Origin: Takakia lepidozioides
Lineage: Eukaryota; Plantae; Bryophyta
Assembly (NCBI GenBank): GCA_030704615.1
Contig: CM060731.1
Span: 36,704,001 to 36,768,000, forward strand
Direction: 5' to 3'
Length of the DNA stretch: 64,000 nt
The position numbers were made by a program, and so were the translations under genes. Positions 25,701-41,347 of this stretch are shown here, one piece after another; position 1 is the first letter of the stretch, and every line of letters starts with the position of its first letter. A model generated the notes under the pieces. It searched no databases, was not told the DNA's origin, and saw nothing but the letters and a program-made list of their open reading frames with translations.

Positions 25701-27466
25701 AATGGATGGCATTTTGAAGCCTTGTTTAATCATCATGAGATAAGAGAGTTGCAGATCTCCAATGTCACGATTGAACCCCTTAAGAAGTCACTGACAGAGC
25801 CACATAGCATTCAAAAGTTGCACAACACACTACACAATTTGTCACCTCCTCCACATGCATACACACTGCAAACACCTACTTAAGCCAATGCCCCTCTCTG
25901 TTACCCTTCTCCTCATAGCTGATCTGCCATAGCTAACATGTTAGACCCATGGCATTCAAATTGCGAATTACAGAGAGGACGAGGTTGGCATCTGGATCAG
26001 ATTACTCGAGTGATGAAAGGAAACAGTCTTCTGTTAAATATCTGTGAGTTGTACATGTAATTGGGCAGTTTGCAATGACTCAGAGAGTCAAACTTCAGCT
26101 TGATACAATCCCCAATCAGTTAAAATCCCATTAAAATCCCCTTATCCAAACTTCCCCTTGATCTCAATTGACAATCTTTACTTGCCCATACGTGACCTAC
26201 ACTGGAGACTCCTCATTTTTGAATTGATTGACTACTGCATTCCTGTCCAGTAAACCCATTATTGTCCAAATTGTCCATGCAAATTAGCAGCATAAATCTT
26301 ATCCATGTGCCATTTTTTAGCTTTGTATGGCTTTGTGCAGCAATGGCTATGCTGTGGACACTTCTTAAGGTAATTTCATGTGCTCTTCTTGGACCTGAAG
26401 CATTTGAGGCTGATTTTCTGTCTTCTTTCTTCAACCTATGGTTGCCACCAACAAATGCTTTAGGGTCCTGACTCTTGTCAAAAGCTCATTTTTTGCTTAC
26501 ATACCTCTATACTTGTGTGACAGCGGAAAATCCCAGAGCCAACAAAATGGTCGTAGAAGGGCAGTGCTATAGATTGAGCCACACCTTACTACGCTCTGTT
26601 GAAGGGCGAACATCCAGATAAGTGTAGTTGGTCAGCTGCATTGCATAACCGGCTTCCTTTGCAGACAAGGACTTAACTTTCCCATCTTTGACCTGGAATC
26701 ACATCTCCAAGACATATGTTAAGAGGAAAAGTACAATTGTGGCTCACCTTTGTGGTGTTTCTTGCAGGGCATCATTGGAGGGTTGACCTACTTGACAAAG
26801 CAGCTGTTCTACTAGACTGGTTCTATCCACCCTTGAAGCAATATCTGCAACTCTAGCTTGGTACAAGTTTTCCAACTCCTTAAACCTCTGTAACACGTAG
26901 AATCTTACAAGCGCCTCAATAAAAATTGTCATTTCATGCCAAAGGAGTTTTGAGATAGTAACTACCCCCGGCAGCGACATGCACCACATTGTCGTAAAAT
27001 TGCAAATCTCACAACGTCTGAAGCTAATTCTTCCCCGTAAAGTTGGACCTAAGAGATGTACACTTGCCTGGGACTCCCACCGTTTCTCAGCTGCTTGCAT
27101 CTCCTTTATTTGCTGTGCCAGGTCTGCGCACAAAATTCTTCTCTGTCCAAATCCACCACATCCATCTACGATCATCATGGCATCCCGCACAGCTTATAGT
27201 TCCAAGCAATTACAAGACCACTACCGCAAACTTGAGTAATCACAAGAAACCCTACAACCCATGAGAGGTCCGATATTGGAGCAAAGAGGTACCACGCTGG
27301 GAGCTGAAGAGCGATGGAGTGCCGGTGCCCTCATCGCAGCAACACGAAAACTGGCATTTGGGGCACCAAAGCATGCACTCTGGGACAGCCGAGCAACATG
27401 CTTGTCCCCTGCATGTACCTGCCCTGGCACCACCCCTACCACTCGCACACATGCCGCCATCGCCAT
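22790..27466 (-). CDS. STR11: Rhodanese-like domain protein 11, chloroplastic
   Basis: ATG at 27466 with a transit-peptide-like first exon whose 3' boundary I could not resolve. Then exons 27123-27068, 26692-26585, 25633-25537, 25236-25197, 24804-24730, 23891-23804, 23496-23429, 23120-23048 and 22867-22790. Motifs EAGYA..LDVRP, GGWWSG, IVGCQKGLRSLAACEQLY, LFWLNGGL, AGIGGVSEFLGWTD and GAQQL. Confidence 0.92.
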
Positions 27467-28618
27467 CCTCCCCGACTTGCTGAGTTCTCGGTAAGTGGAT
27501 GCAAAGGATCAGAGCTGTGAGAATGATCAACAAGATATTCTTTAAGAGAAGCAGGCTCTTGCAGAGATGAGAGCTAACTTAACTTAACTACATGTATATT
27601 CAAACCGAGAGACTTCACATGGGATCTCGCTCAGCTCTCCAATCAAACAAGACGAGCAAACGAGCATCTATCCAAACTGACAGATTCTGCCCCGAAAATC
27701 TGGGCTGACTTCTTCAACCGAGATCGCATCATCCCGCGAACAATACCTCCATTGCACTTTCAAGCACCCCAATTGCGAACTCTCACTGAGAAGATCAGAT
27801 TTACCTCGGGGTCATCCTTTGAAATATTCCACAGATTCCTGGATGCGCAAACAGACATTCATCCAGGTTACCCCCAAGTGATTGAATGAATGAAATATAT
27901 CGTTTCGCAGCACATGGATGACCATTGCACGAGGCTCACCCAGTCGCGGATGATGAGTGAATGGACGTTCGAATATTCCGTCGGTACTGACTGGGTTACA
28001 GGAAATTTCATCATCCTCTTTGCCCATTGAAGGCAAAGAAGAGGGAGCTTTGCTTGTGTGGAGAGTATTAGTGCTGCAATCCTCCCTCCCCCTTGCTCAT
28101 GTTAGAAGGGGAGTTCTTGCGCTTGTAATATCTCAGTAGGATAACAGACAAAACTGATGATTCTTGTTGCTATGAGTGAAAAGATTTCTCCAAGGCAGCG
28201 GTGTGCAGACAATGTAGGCAATAGCAGTGATCCATCATGTTGTAGACAGAAGGGTAAGCATTTTGTCGCTTGAGCTCGGCTGAGATGGTTAAAAGGGGGT
28301 TCCACTGTTCAGCATGGAAAAGAATCTCAACCCAAAATTGCGCCATAGCACTTGCTTACAGCTCATCAACAAAAACCATTTACAGTGTTGATTTGGGTGG
28401 AGGGAGAAGAGGGCAATAGAGCTGTGGCAGAGGGGGAGGGGCTTTTGTTGATTTGAGTGGAGGGAGAACCCGAGAACATAGAGCTGTGGGATCGAAGCCC
28501 CTGCCTAAGCAGGATTTCTCCTGCCTATCAACGCAAATTGGTAGAAGACATGAATCTGTGCACTAATGAACAAAAGGGGACAATTTGAGGTCAAGCTGGA
28601 ATGAAAGAAGCTAGATAT

Positions 28619-31600
28619 TTACACGGAGGGGGCTGGCCCGGTTGTTGTCTCTGTGACATCGTGCTTGCACACAGGGCAGAGTTTAGAGTAATTGAGTAAC
28701 CACTCGGCTCCACAAGCTTGGTGGAACTTATGGTGGCATGACAGCATGAGAAGCTTCTCCCCATTCTCGTAATCACCCTGGCATATGACACAGACCCTGC
28801 ACAGCCGGGATGTTGAGATTAGTGTGTGTACTTTCAATGACAGGTTGTATAATGAGTTATATGCCAAGCTGCTTCTCCCCCTGCTGAAGTCCAGGGACAG
28901 CCCAAATATATGGGCTGATATGAGCTGAACTGGAACTCTCTCATTCTTCCAACCAGCTTGTGAGGACTATGGTCACATGCCTACGACAAACAGCGTCCAG
29001 TGCATACAGTACCTAACACTCTTCTCACTCACAAAAACAGAAAATTACAGATAGAAGGGATATGAAATGCACCAAGAAAAATATAGGCACTAAATAAGAG
29101 CCGATCCATGACACCTAAGAATTTTTTTCCATCCAACTAGGTTTATTGCCAAGATTATATGCTAATTGCAGATTAGGGAAGGGAAACCAGTTGAGCACAT
29201 TCCAGCATGAGCAGCTCTATGTTCAAGAACCAGTCCTGTTGCATCGAAGGGAAGGAACCGAAATAAGAGAAATCTGCCTCCTGTTACCATGGCTTTCTGG
29301 ACCAAAAAGAAGATGTGGCCAACGTTCACGGAAACTTTTTCCGTAAATTTATTATGAAATGGAACGCCCAAGGATCGGACATAAATCAGCACTGTTAAGA
29401 TCCAAGCTCTATGCTGCATACCCTTACAGAAAGCAAGGAGAGACTTACTCCAGTGTCTGGTTAAGACTCGCGGCTTGCTCCATACTGAAGGGGAAGACAG
29501 TCAAAGAAGAGACCAATGCTTTGGGTGCCACACAGCGCACATTCTCCAGCTGCACCAAACTCTGCAATACCTCCCTATCACCTTATCAGATATCCCTGCA
29601 TAACAACTACACATATCCCCAGCTGGGTCAATTTCTGGCACAGAGGCCAGTTCATTTGAACTTCAACCTACTGCCCAGCATGCATAGGCCCTTCAGGTGT
29701 AGTCCTCAACTATCACTTCTTTACATCACAAACTTTCTAGGATGGAGAGAGAATGTACTCATAAGACACTGGAAGAGAGAAAATGTACTTATAAGACGTT
29801 GTTTGCCATAGCCTTGTGGCCATAGACTCCGCACCCAGTTTCGGCAGAATATTGGAAGAGAGAGAGATTGTACTCATAAGACGTTGTTTGCCGTAGCCTT
29901 GTGGCCATTGACCCCGCGCCCAGTTTGAGCGGGAACAAAAGGGACAGAACCTACCTCTGTCAGGGGCTGACGTTGGTAGTAAGACTTACCTCCATATAAA
30001 GAATTAATCCGGGTTTTCCAGATATCCTCTAGAAATCCCTTCACACAAGCATCAATCTGCTGTGTGTGACTTGCCCAAAAACTAGGCCTCAGGAGGGCCT
30101 GGGCTTTTGGCTCAGCCTCGAGACTTTCAAAGTTGGTAAACAGGGGTACAGGCACAATTCCCTTAATAGATTTGAAGAGAGCATCTCTTTGGTGAGAGAA
30201 CCCCGGACAGTGTATCAGAAAATGAATACTGTCTTCAGATTGCCCACACAACGGGCAATTGCACTCTCCCTTTCCTCTCTGCTTCTGTTTGCTGTTCAAA
30301 GGTAGGCTTCCTGCCCTGAGTTTAAATTTCAGTCTAGTGCCGAGAGTGGGTAGACCCTTGAGGTCATCCAAGATGTCCTCCCCCATGTCACAGAAACAAG
30401 TTCAGGGAAGTTTTCTGCCTAACTTCATTTTCATCAGACAATCTCATGGCAACAGACATGGCTGAGGACACTACAGCCTCTAAGTCAGATTTATCCAGCA
30501 GGGTCAAGACTTGCGGATCCAGGTCCAGGTCCTTGAGGATCTCTTCTACTCTCTTCTGCCAGGACTTAGCCTGTTTGACAGGGCGGTCCTGTTTCCAAGA
30601 TATAGAGTCGATTAATTTAGGATATCTGGTGTCGGGCATATGTTGCAGCTGACCCCACCATCTGACCTTGAATTCATCTCGTCGGGAGCTTAAGGACGGA
30701 ATGCCAAACTCACCCCGAACAGCCACATTGGCTGTTTTGGAGCATGCTGACATACACTCCTTAAGCACCCCCACTTGAATGGATTCTAGAGACTTAGCCT
30801 GGTTGGAGTTATCAACCCATATAGCAGATCCGTACTCCAAGGCAGGTCTAATAACGCGACAAAGCATGGTTTTCTTAACCTCAGAGTTGACCCCTCTGCA
30901 GTGGAAAAATTTAGTGAGCCCCAGAGCTTTGCCCTTGCCAGTTTGAACAACTTTCCGGATATGTGCATCCCAATTACAATTGGAGGAGAACTCAACGCCC
31001 AGGTATGTGTAGGAAGGGAGGACCGGGATCTCTTGGAAGAGAGAGAGAAAGGAAAAGGAACGGAAGAAAAAGTACTTGATAATGCCCACAGGAAAGGTGG
31101 AAGGGAGGAATGCAAGGGAATGAAAAACCAAGAAAGTTTGTATGCACACCTCATAGCTCATGTCAGTGATGACAGGTGCTGGCAGCCTTGTATGCTGACC
31201 ATTGGTAGTTGAGTCTCGAAGGGCAAGTGACAGGGCTGTGCTCTCCAGATCCCCAACAAATCAGAAGGCCGAAAAAAATAATAACATGACAAAGCATCTG
31301 GGGGGGTCATAGATGTCTTGCAGTTCCAACTACCTGCTAATTCACAAGTACCTAAAAACATGACACTCCTTAAAGGTGTAGCCCATTAAAAACATAAAAT
31401 GCCTGATGATTTTCGCCTCAGACAAGGAGATATACTCCTCAGCAAAAGATTGAAAGCATCACCTTCCATAATAAGCATTGACAGGCTTTAAAGAATGGAA
31501 CCAATCACAAGTGACTGCACCAACCATCTTCACCCCCACCCAGATGAGCAATATGAGTATTACCAAGAGCGATATCGACCTCCAACTCGTCATGGTGAAG

Positions 31601-33075
31601 TAGCCGGGGAGGCCCAAATTCTCGATTTACAGTGCCATTCAAAAAGTCCTCTAAATCGTCTCTGACTGAGTTACGCCGGGAAGTCCGTCTTGCACGCCGC
31701 CGGTTAATTGCTGGGCTAGGAGCAACCACACTCACACCCAATCATCAAGTGAACTATGACAGAAAGTTGTTCTCATGCACTCTAACGATCTGTGGAGTAG
31801 TAGAAGTTGTTTGTACAAGAGTGGCTATCATTACTCTGCATCAAATGTTCAGCTTCGCATAATTTATCCTCTAGTACAACACACTGCCATGTGGCAATGA
31901 CAATACTGTGATAAGGGACACAACTTTGACTACCTCTGAGACGGAGGAAACTCATTGACTTTTTCTTGAGGAATATTAGCTTGCTGTAGCCCTGTAACCA
32001 TAGCCCTGCAAGATACTATCCCAATGAATCCATCCGTCAGGATACAGATCTCAGTCAATAATTGTCATTGTGCTCCTGTCTGATGCAGGGAAAAAATCCA
32101 AGTAATATAATGACACACCAAGCAGATTGGCAAGAGGGAGAAGGAAAGAATGTACTCATAAGACATTGTTTGCCGTAGCCTCGAAGAATGGCAAATTTCC
32201 AAGAGACTACACCAAAGACCATGTGTACTTCCGAACACACCCATAAGAACTTGGGGAGGCATCAATTAGACACTACTGCATCTGCCATTCACAGCTGCTA
32301 CTGCCAAACATGGTTGAGAAATAATAAAATGGTGTGTCAATTTAAACTGTTACCCCGGGCACAAGGACATGGAAAGAGGAAGAGGGGAATTACTTAAGAT
32401 AGCAGACTGGACATGAAAATTGTTTCAACAGTGCACCTTTTCCAGCCGTCCTCTCACTCCAACTTGTATCATGAGCGACTGTAGTCTGTAGCACCAAGCA
32501 TTCTGGAAATGAAGCACAAAATCAGAGACTGCAATAAATCACAAGTATACTGGATAAATACAATTTGTACAAAATTTCTGCACAGCAATATGAACATCTG
32601 GCATTTGGGAGACATATTCACTTTGATCGTTGAAGTCATGCATGCCCTCATTGTTGGACCTACAATAATTTAACCCCGTCACATTTATCAACAAACCTCT
32701 ATCCTCACTGCCAGCATTGCCTTTCAGCACTGCATACCAAATGTGGGGAGCACCCCAAGGAAGAGACACAGGTTATGGAACCGTTTCAGTCGGATATATT
32801 TGGAATCAAATTAGCAATAGTTACACGTCCCAGGATGTGTCTCTCCAACACACCACACTAGTCATTTTCCCATGCAACCAGATAAGCAATTAAAGGCAGG
32901 GAAGGTTCAGGCGTTCACCAAGTTACAATGAAACCACGAAAACTTAGCAGGGACGAATGCAGCTTATCGTCGCCCTCATCTCTTAGGCCTTCCGTACTCT
33001 TAATCTCCCGGCTCCGACTACAGCGGCCCGGAGCCTTGCCCCTGCCTCTAACTCCTCCCTATGTTCTGTTCTCCC
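28619..33075 (-). CDS. RING-H2 E3 ubiquitin ligase with a UIM-like motif; 5' exons and start uncertain
   Basis: Supported exons are 31710-31564, 31235-31150, 29561-29449 and 28796-28619. They join to give DELEVDIAL|ALSLA (UIM-like), DMSYE|SLVQLENV and CVICQGDYENGEKLLMLSCHHKFHQACGAEWLLNYSKLCPVCK. Further small candidate exons lie at 31.8-33.1 kb, so the upper coordinate is approximate. Confidence 0.75.
29360..29436 (-). repeat. Short dispersed repeat (SINE or LINE 3' end-like); second copy at about 42069-42160 on the plus strand
   Basis: About 70 bp near-identical: TGCTTTCTGTAAGGGTATGCAGCATAGAGCTTGGATCTTAACAGTGCTGAwTTATGTCCGATCCTTGGGC. Both copies are followed by a CCATTTCA(TTTCA) tail. Confidence 0.75.
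29738..29850 (-). mobile_element. Older short 3'-end copy of the same LINE family; another at about 32130-32181
   Basis: Shares GGCCACAAGGCTAyGGCAAACAACGTCTTATrAGTACA plus a CT-rich tract with the LINE terminus at 29868-29925. Confidence 0.8.
29868..31032 (-). mobile_element. 5'-truncated non-LTR retrotransposon (RTEX-like) in an intron, with a 16-bp TSD
   Basis: RT C-terminal motifs YTYLGVEFSSNCNWDAHI and VIRPALEYGSAIW, then KLRAGSLPLN and the zinc finger CPLCGQSEDSIHFLIHC. One frameshift near 30388. TSD TTGGAAGAGAGAGAGA at 29852-29867 and 31033-31048. Confidence 0.9.
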
Positions 33076-34188
33076 TGCAATAATAGAAAACTTCGTTTGG
33101 CCTGGAAGTATAGCGCTGCTTGCAGATAATATCCTCTATGAACAATTGTAAGAAAGAGAATGGCAGATACATGAAAAAGACCGCTTCTGTCGCCTAATAC
33201 TTCCTAAGACTTAGTTTCCGCAAAACTGACGACAAGATTCTGAAAATCAGAACCTTCAACACATCATACAACGATGCGGACGGATACAGCCTCAGCAATT
33301 TCCAACAAGCCAATTTGTTAAGCAGTTGCCAACCGTCTCTTCCAGAAGGGGCTGTGTTTCCCTCATACCACTAAGCCGTCTTACAATTCGCTACAAGATC
33401 TAGTCATATTTCCACTGGTTACAGACAAGCAAAGGACAATTCACAAAACAGAAGCATCGCACCTAAACACCGGACCAGATCCGTCTGTCCACCGAGAAAG
33501 ACATTGAAAATTCACTGTGAGAGAAATTCAAAGACCACTGAAAGTCTTTTATCGGGGACTCTCTGGAGTCTGACGACCTCGATGTCATTCCAAACACGCA
33601 AACATCGCTCCCATTGATCAGAAGCTAACTCGCACCCTCCCTGACATTCCATACCACAAAAATCTATCAATCTATGGCTCAGGAACAAGAAATTACCCTA
33701 ATTCGGTCACTTCCAAACAGATCGTCTCCCAAAGCTCGTCCCGAACCGCACCTTCAATCCAAGAAAGAGACAGACAAAGAGAATGTGCCGGAGCTCCTCT
33801 GAGGCTCATACTGGATCTCCTTTATTTCGCATTCTCATAAAGGCACCACCGCGTCCAATTAAACCGCGCCACGATCTCAATCTATCTCTAGCCGTAAGAT
33901 CTGAGGCTCCGAAAATAATCAGCAACCGTTACTTTTCCCAGTGATCGACGGTGACTATTCTCAGGTCGCTTTTCTATAATTGTCTTCACTTCTCGACAAA
34001 AGACTTTACCACGTGGCGGAGAAACGTTCGCTGAACAATTATCACGGCTCAGTTTACGTCCCAAATTTTGTTGACACGTTGTGCACCATGCTTAGCCACG
34101 TGGACGGTTCTGGGTGGCGATTCTTCATCCAACTGCCCTTTGTCCATGGACCCATACATTGGTGAATGAATGAATGAATGATAGATGG

Positions 34189-34909
34189 TGGACAACCGTT
34201 TAGACATTTTTGCGCCTAATAATAAAATCAATCAATCAGAAAATTTGGCATGTTTTGAAAACAATTCTCAAATTAGGCATCTTCGTGCTATAATTTTTTA
34301 GGATTGGGCCCATGAGAAGAGAACATTTATTTTCTTAAGAATAAAATTACAAAATAGACACCCAATGCCCATGGGCCCTTCTAGGCTCCAGCTACCTTTC
34401 ATTTCCTTTGAAACCCTAAAAATGCCCCTCTTTGTTGTACGTGGTGCTCCAAGGCTCAAGCTGGTAGAGGCAAGTTCTCCCTTCGCTCTTACACTTTAAT
34501 ATTGATCGTCCACACTAGTATATGCACGTTGATACAGGGCTTTGGTACATTGGTCACTGGGTAGGCACGGTGGTTCAGGGCTTTGATACATCGGTCATTG
34601 GGTACACTGGTTTTCATATTGGTATGCTGGTGCATGGTGAAGCCTCTTACATAATGGTACTCTTGAGTTGTGGTAGGCTGGTAGGCTAGTTATCTCCGCA
34701 CGCATATATTTGTATTGATTTTTGTTCAAAGAAATTTTGATCTTATTACAAACAACACGAGAAGAGGCTTGCAATTTTTTTGGTGGAATTTTTGGGCATT
34801 AGGCACTTTGGTCCCATAATTTCCCAACAATTAGGCCAAAATCTGAAAAATTCACAGAATTGATTAGGCACTTTCATTTTGAATTAATTATCGCCTAAAC
34901 GGTTGTCCA
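34189..34909. mobile_element. MITE-like element between the divergent RING and LC8 genes
   Basis: Perfect 15-bp inverted repeat TGGACAACCGTTTAG (34189-34203) and CTAAACGGTTGTCCA (34895-34909), with ATTAGGC subterminal repeats. No TSD identified. Confidence 0.55.
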
Positions 34910-35013
34910 GGGACGTTATATATATAAAATAGAATATGTTTTAGTTTCATCCATCCAGATCGACATTTCACTGGTTGATATTTCATCCAACGCAGTACTG
35001 GCAATCTTGGCAC

Positions 35014-35062
35014 GGGTAGTTAGGACGGGTAAAGGGTAGAAGCCCCCCCCTGTCTCGCTCTC
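35014..35062 (+). promoter_or_regulatory. Conserved upstream motif of LC8 copy 1 (paralogous motif at 39181-39228)
   Basis: GGGTAGTTAGGACGGGTAAA versus GGGTAGTTACGACGGGTAAA (19/20). Each is followed by a C-run and TCTCGCTCTC, in otherwise unalignable flanks. Confidence 0.65.
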
Positions 35063-35866
35063 CATTTCTCTTTCTCTTGTGCGATCGATCGCCTCTTGGT
35101 CTACGGTGTGTGCACGTCAGCGCTTTTCTCCTGTTAATATTCCATTGAGTGACCTGATTTCCTGGCTAGCGAGGAAGTTCACTGTCTTGAATTGATTATA
35201 TCTGTCATAAGGATTGTCTCTATCATTGGAATTCCATGTTTTTTCCAAGTTTATGAGTAAGTAGTGTGTGTCTGAGGATGTAGCCGACTACGGGATGTAT
35301 AACAATCTGACATTGTCAGTGCTCTGCTTTTATGTCTCCTTTTTGGCTGTGTTCTTCGCAAGTTGCATCTCTGATATTTGTTAGGATGTGATCAAATTTG
35401 TCTGCTCTGTTTCTCTGCTGTTAAGGCTTTTCCAAATTTTGTCGTTCAGAAGTCATTTTCCTATCAACAAACTGGAGTGTCTGAGTACATTCTACATACT
35501 TTGACTTCAACACTGTATTTCCAAGTTTTCTGGTTCTCTCAGCGTGTGTCATTCCATACTACTTTTCAACGACTATTATTCTTTCTCGTATTTGAGAATT
35601 GTAATCTTCTAGTCTAATAATAACAGACAAGCATTTGCTTTGGACTACCGGCTAATCGCGTGATCGTTCCCTTTCCATGTATGCCAAGATTAGTCGCCTC
35701 TATTTTCTGGAAGAGGTTGGTAGTTTGCACGAAGAAACAATTTTTTCCCTCTGTATCTCTGCCAGAGATACAGTTCATGCCGTACCTGTCAGGTTTTGAT
35801 CTAGATTGAGAGTGAATGAACCCTAGGAGCAGACTCCATCTTTCAAGTTAGAGTAGGAGCGCCAAT

Positions 35867-37991
<2,125 letters not shown>

Positions 37992-39180
37992 AGACATCCC
38001 CTGGGAGTCGGCACTTGGCACCCAAGGGTCTTGAGTCTTGAGCTCACGAGTATCCGACCCTCTTCGATTCAGTTTTTCATTTCTGTCTCGGCAATCCTCC
38101 AGTTCTGTAGTTTCTCATGGGTAAGACTAAGGCGTCTGTCACGTCGATACAATTGCTGGAGGTGTACGTTCTGCCAGCTTTAGCCATGGGTAAGTTTCGT
38201 GCTATGGAGGCGATCGTACAGCTAGAGCTTGTGTACTTGGGATGCTATTCACTCTGTTGTTGTAATATAATTATTTGGTACTGTGTAGGCTTTATCAGGA
38301 AAATTACTCTGTTGTTGTCATTTACATAGAGACTTTACTCTATTGTGTCTGTTTAGGTACCTATACCTCAGGGCACACTTGTGTCCATTGTCCCTGTAGG
38401 CGTCTTTACATCCATCTGCCAAATTCTTTGTTTCCTTTTGTTTTTGCACTTGAGCACGCCAGGTGTGTGTGCCATCAAGCTTGTGGATAACTCCTGGGGA
38501 ATCCTTCAAAAATGTTCCTGCAAGAGTCAACTGGCCCCTAAGACGAGCTGTGCATTGATCAGTAGGCTTTGAAAATCTGCAGGACGTTGAACAAACTTTA
38601 CTTTACTTTCATTTCTATCTAATATCGAATTCTATCCCGCCCTTTTCACCTCCTGTAAAACCGGACTTCGAAGTTTCCCGAACCAGAGAAGACAAAACTC
38701 TGACCTTTTCGTCCATGCCATTAACTTTCTGTTTCTCAAATTCTGCCTCGTGGCTCCACACATAAAAAATACTAGGGCGCACAATCTCCCACAACAGTCC
38801 TTATCCAGCAGCATGAGGCCCCACCCAAAACTAACACACATCACACTGCCATCGACCCAGTACCGTCAAGCATCTTCACACAATAAGATGAGCAGCCCTC
38901 TGCGCTAAAATCATATAAGAATCAACAAGATACAATATCAGGACAACGGACCTCAGTTTGGTACAAAGTACAAAGTGTGGCTCTCCATATCGAATCCTGC
39001 CACGCAGCCATCCGATCCAACTTAACATATTGTTTTATTTTAATTAATAAAGGGACATATTGTAAAATAAAAAAATAATTATTCTATACGATATTGGGGA
39101 TGCATGCATGGGCATGGGCATGGAAAGGGTCAAGTACAGTTTGCTGAATCTACGGTAACTGACACACCCGGTCATACAAA

Positions 39181-39228
39181 GGGTAGTTACGACGGGTAAA
39201 AGAGCTCCCCCCCATTCTCGCTCTCGCT
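39181..39228 (+). promoter_or_regulatory. Conserved upstream motif of LC8 copy 2
   Basis: 19/20 match to 35014-35033, followed by the same C-run and TCTCGCTCTC. Confidence 0.65.
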
Positions 39229-39780
39229 TTCTCTTGCGCTTCTACTCTCCTGTAGCGTCTCTTTGCTTATCCCATGCTCTGCTCTGCGTTGCGTTGCACT
39301 GCATACCAGCCTAAACTTGGAGCGTGTTGGAGTCTGAGTCGGTGGATGTCCTAATTATTACTCGTCCCCCCCATTTTAGCGCTCTGAATTGTGTTTGACA
39401 AGCATCTGTGCATCAAGATCGTGTGTCCCTTTGTTGGAGATTCACCTTCCAGCATTTTTCATGTTTTCGAAGTCTGGAACTCATCCGGCCGTCCTCTTGT
39501 CAACTGCTGTTTCTTTCGCTCTCACGTGTTGATCGCACTTTTAGCAACCAGAAGGAAAATCAGCTTTCGGCGCGTTACCGTCTTGTTGCTCTCTGCCTTC
39601 CCGTGTTGAAGAGGGTTGCGCGGACAATTTCTTCTACATATTTGCTGCATCACGCCCCGCGGTGACCGTCTTTGCTTTCCAAGTTTACTGAGTGGACCGA
39701 TCTTTGGTTGTGATTGAGACGAGCGTGTGAGGGAACCCTAGGACTATCTTGAGCTTTCAAGTTGGAGTAGGAGAGACAGA

Positions 39781-41347
<1,567 letters not shown>

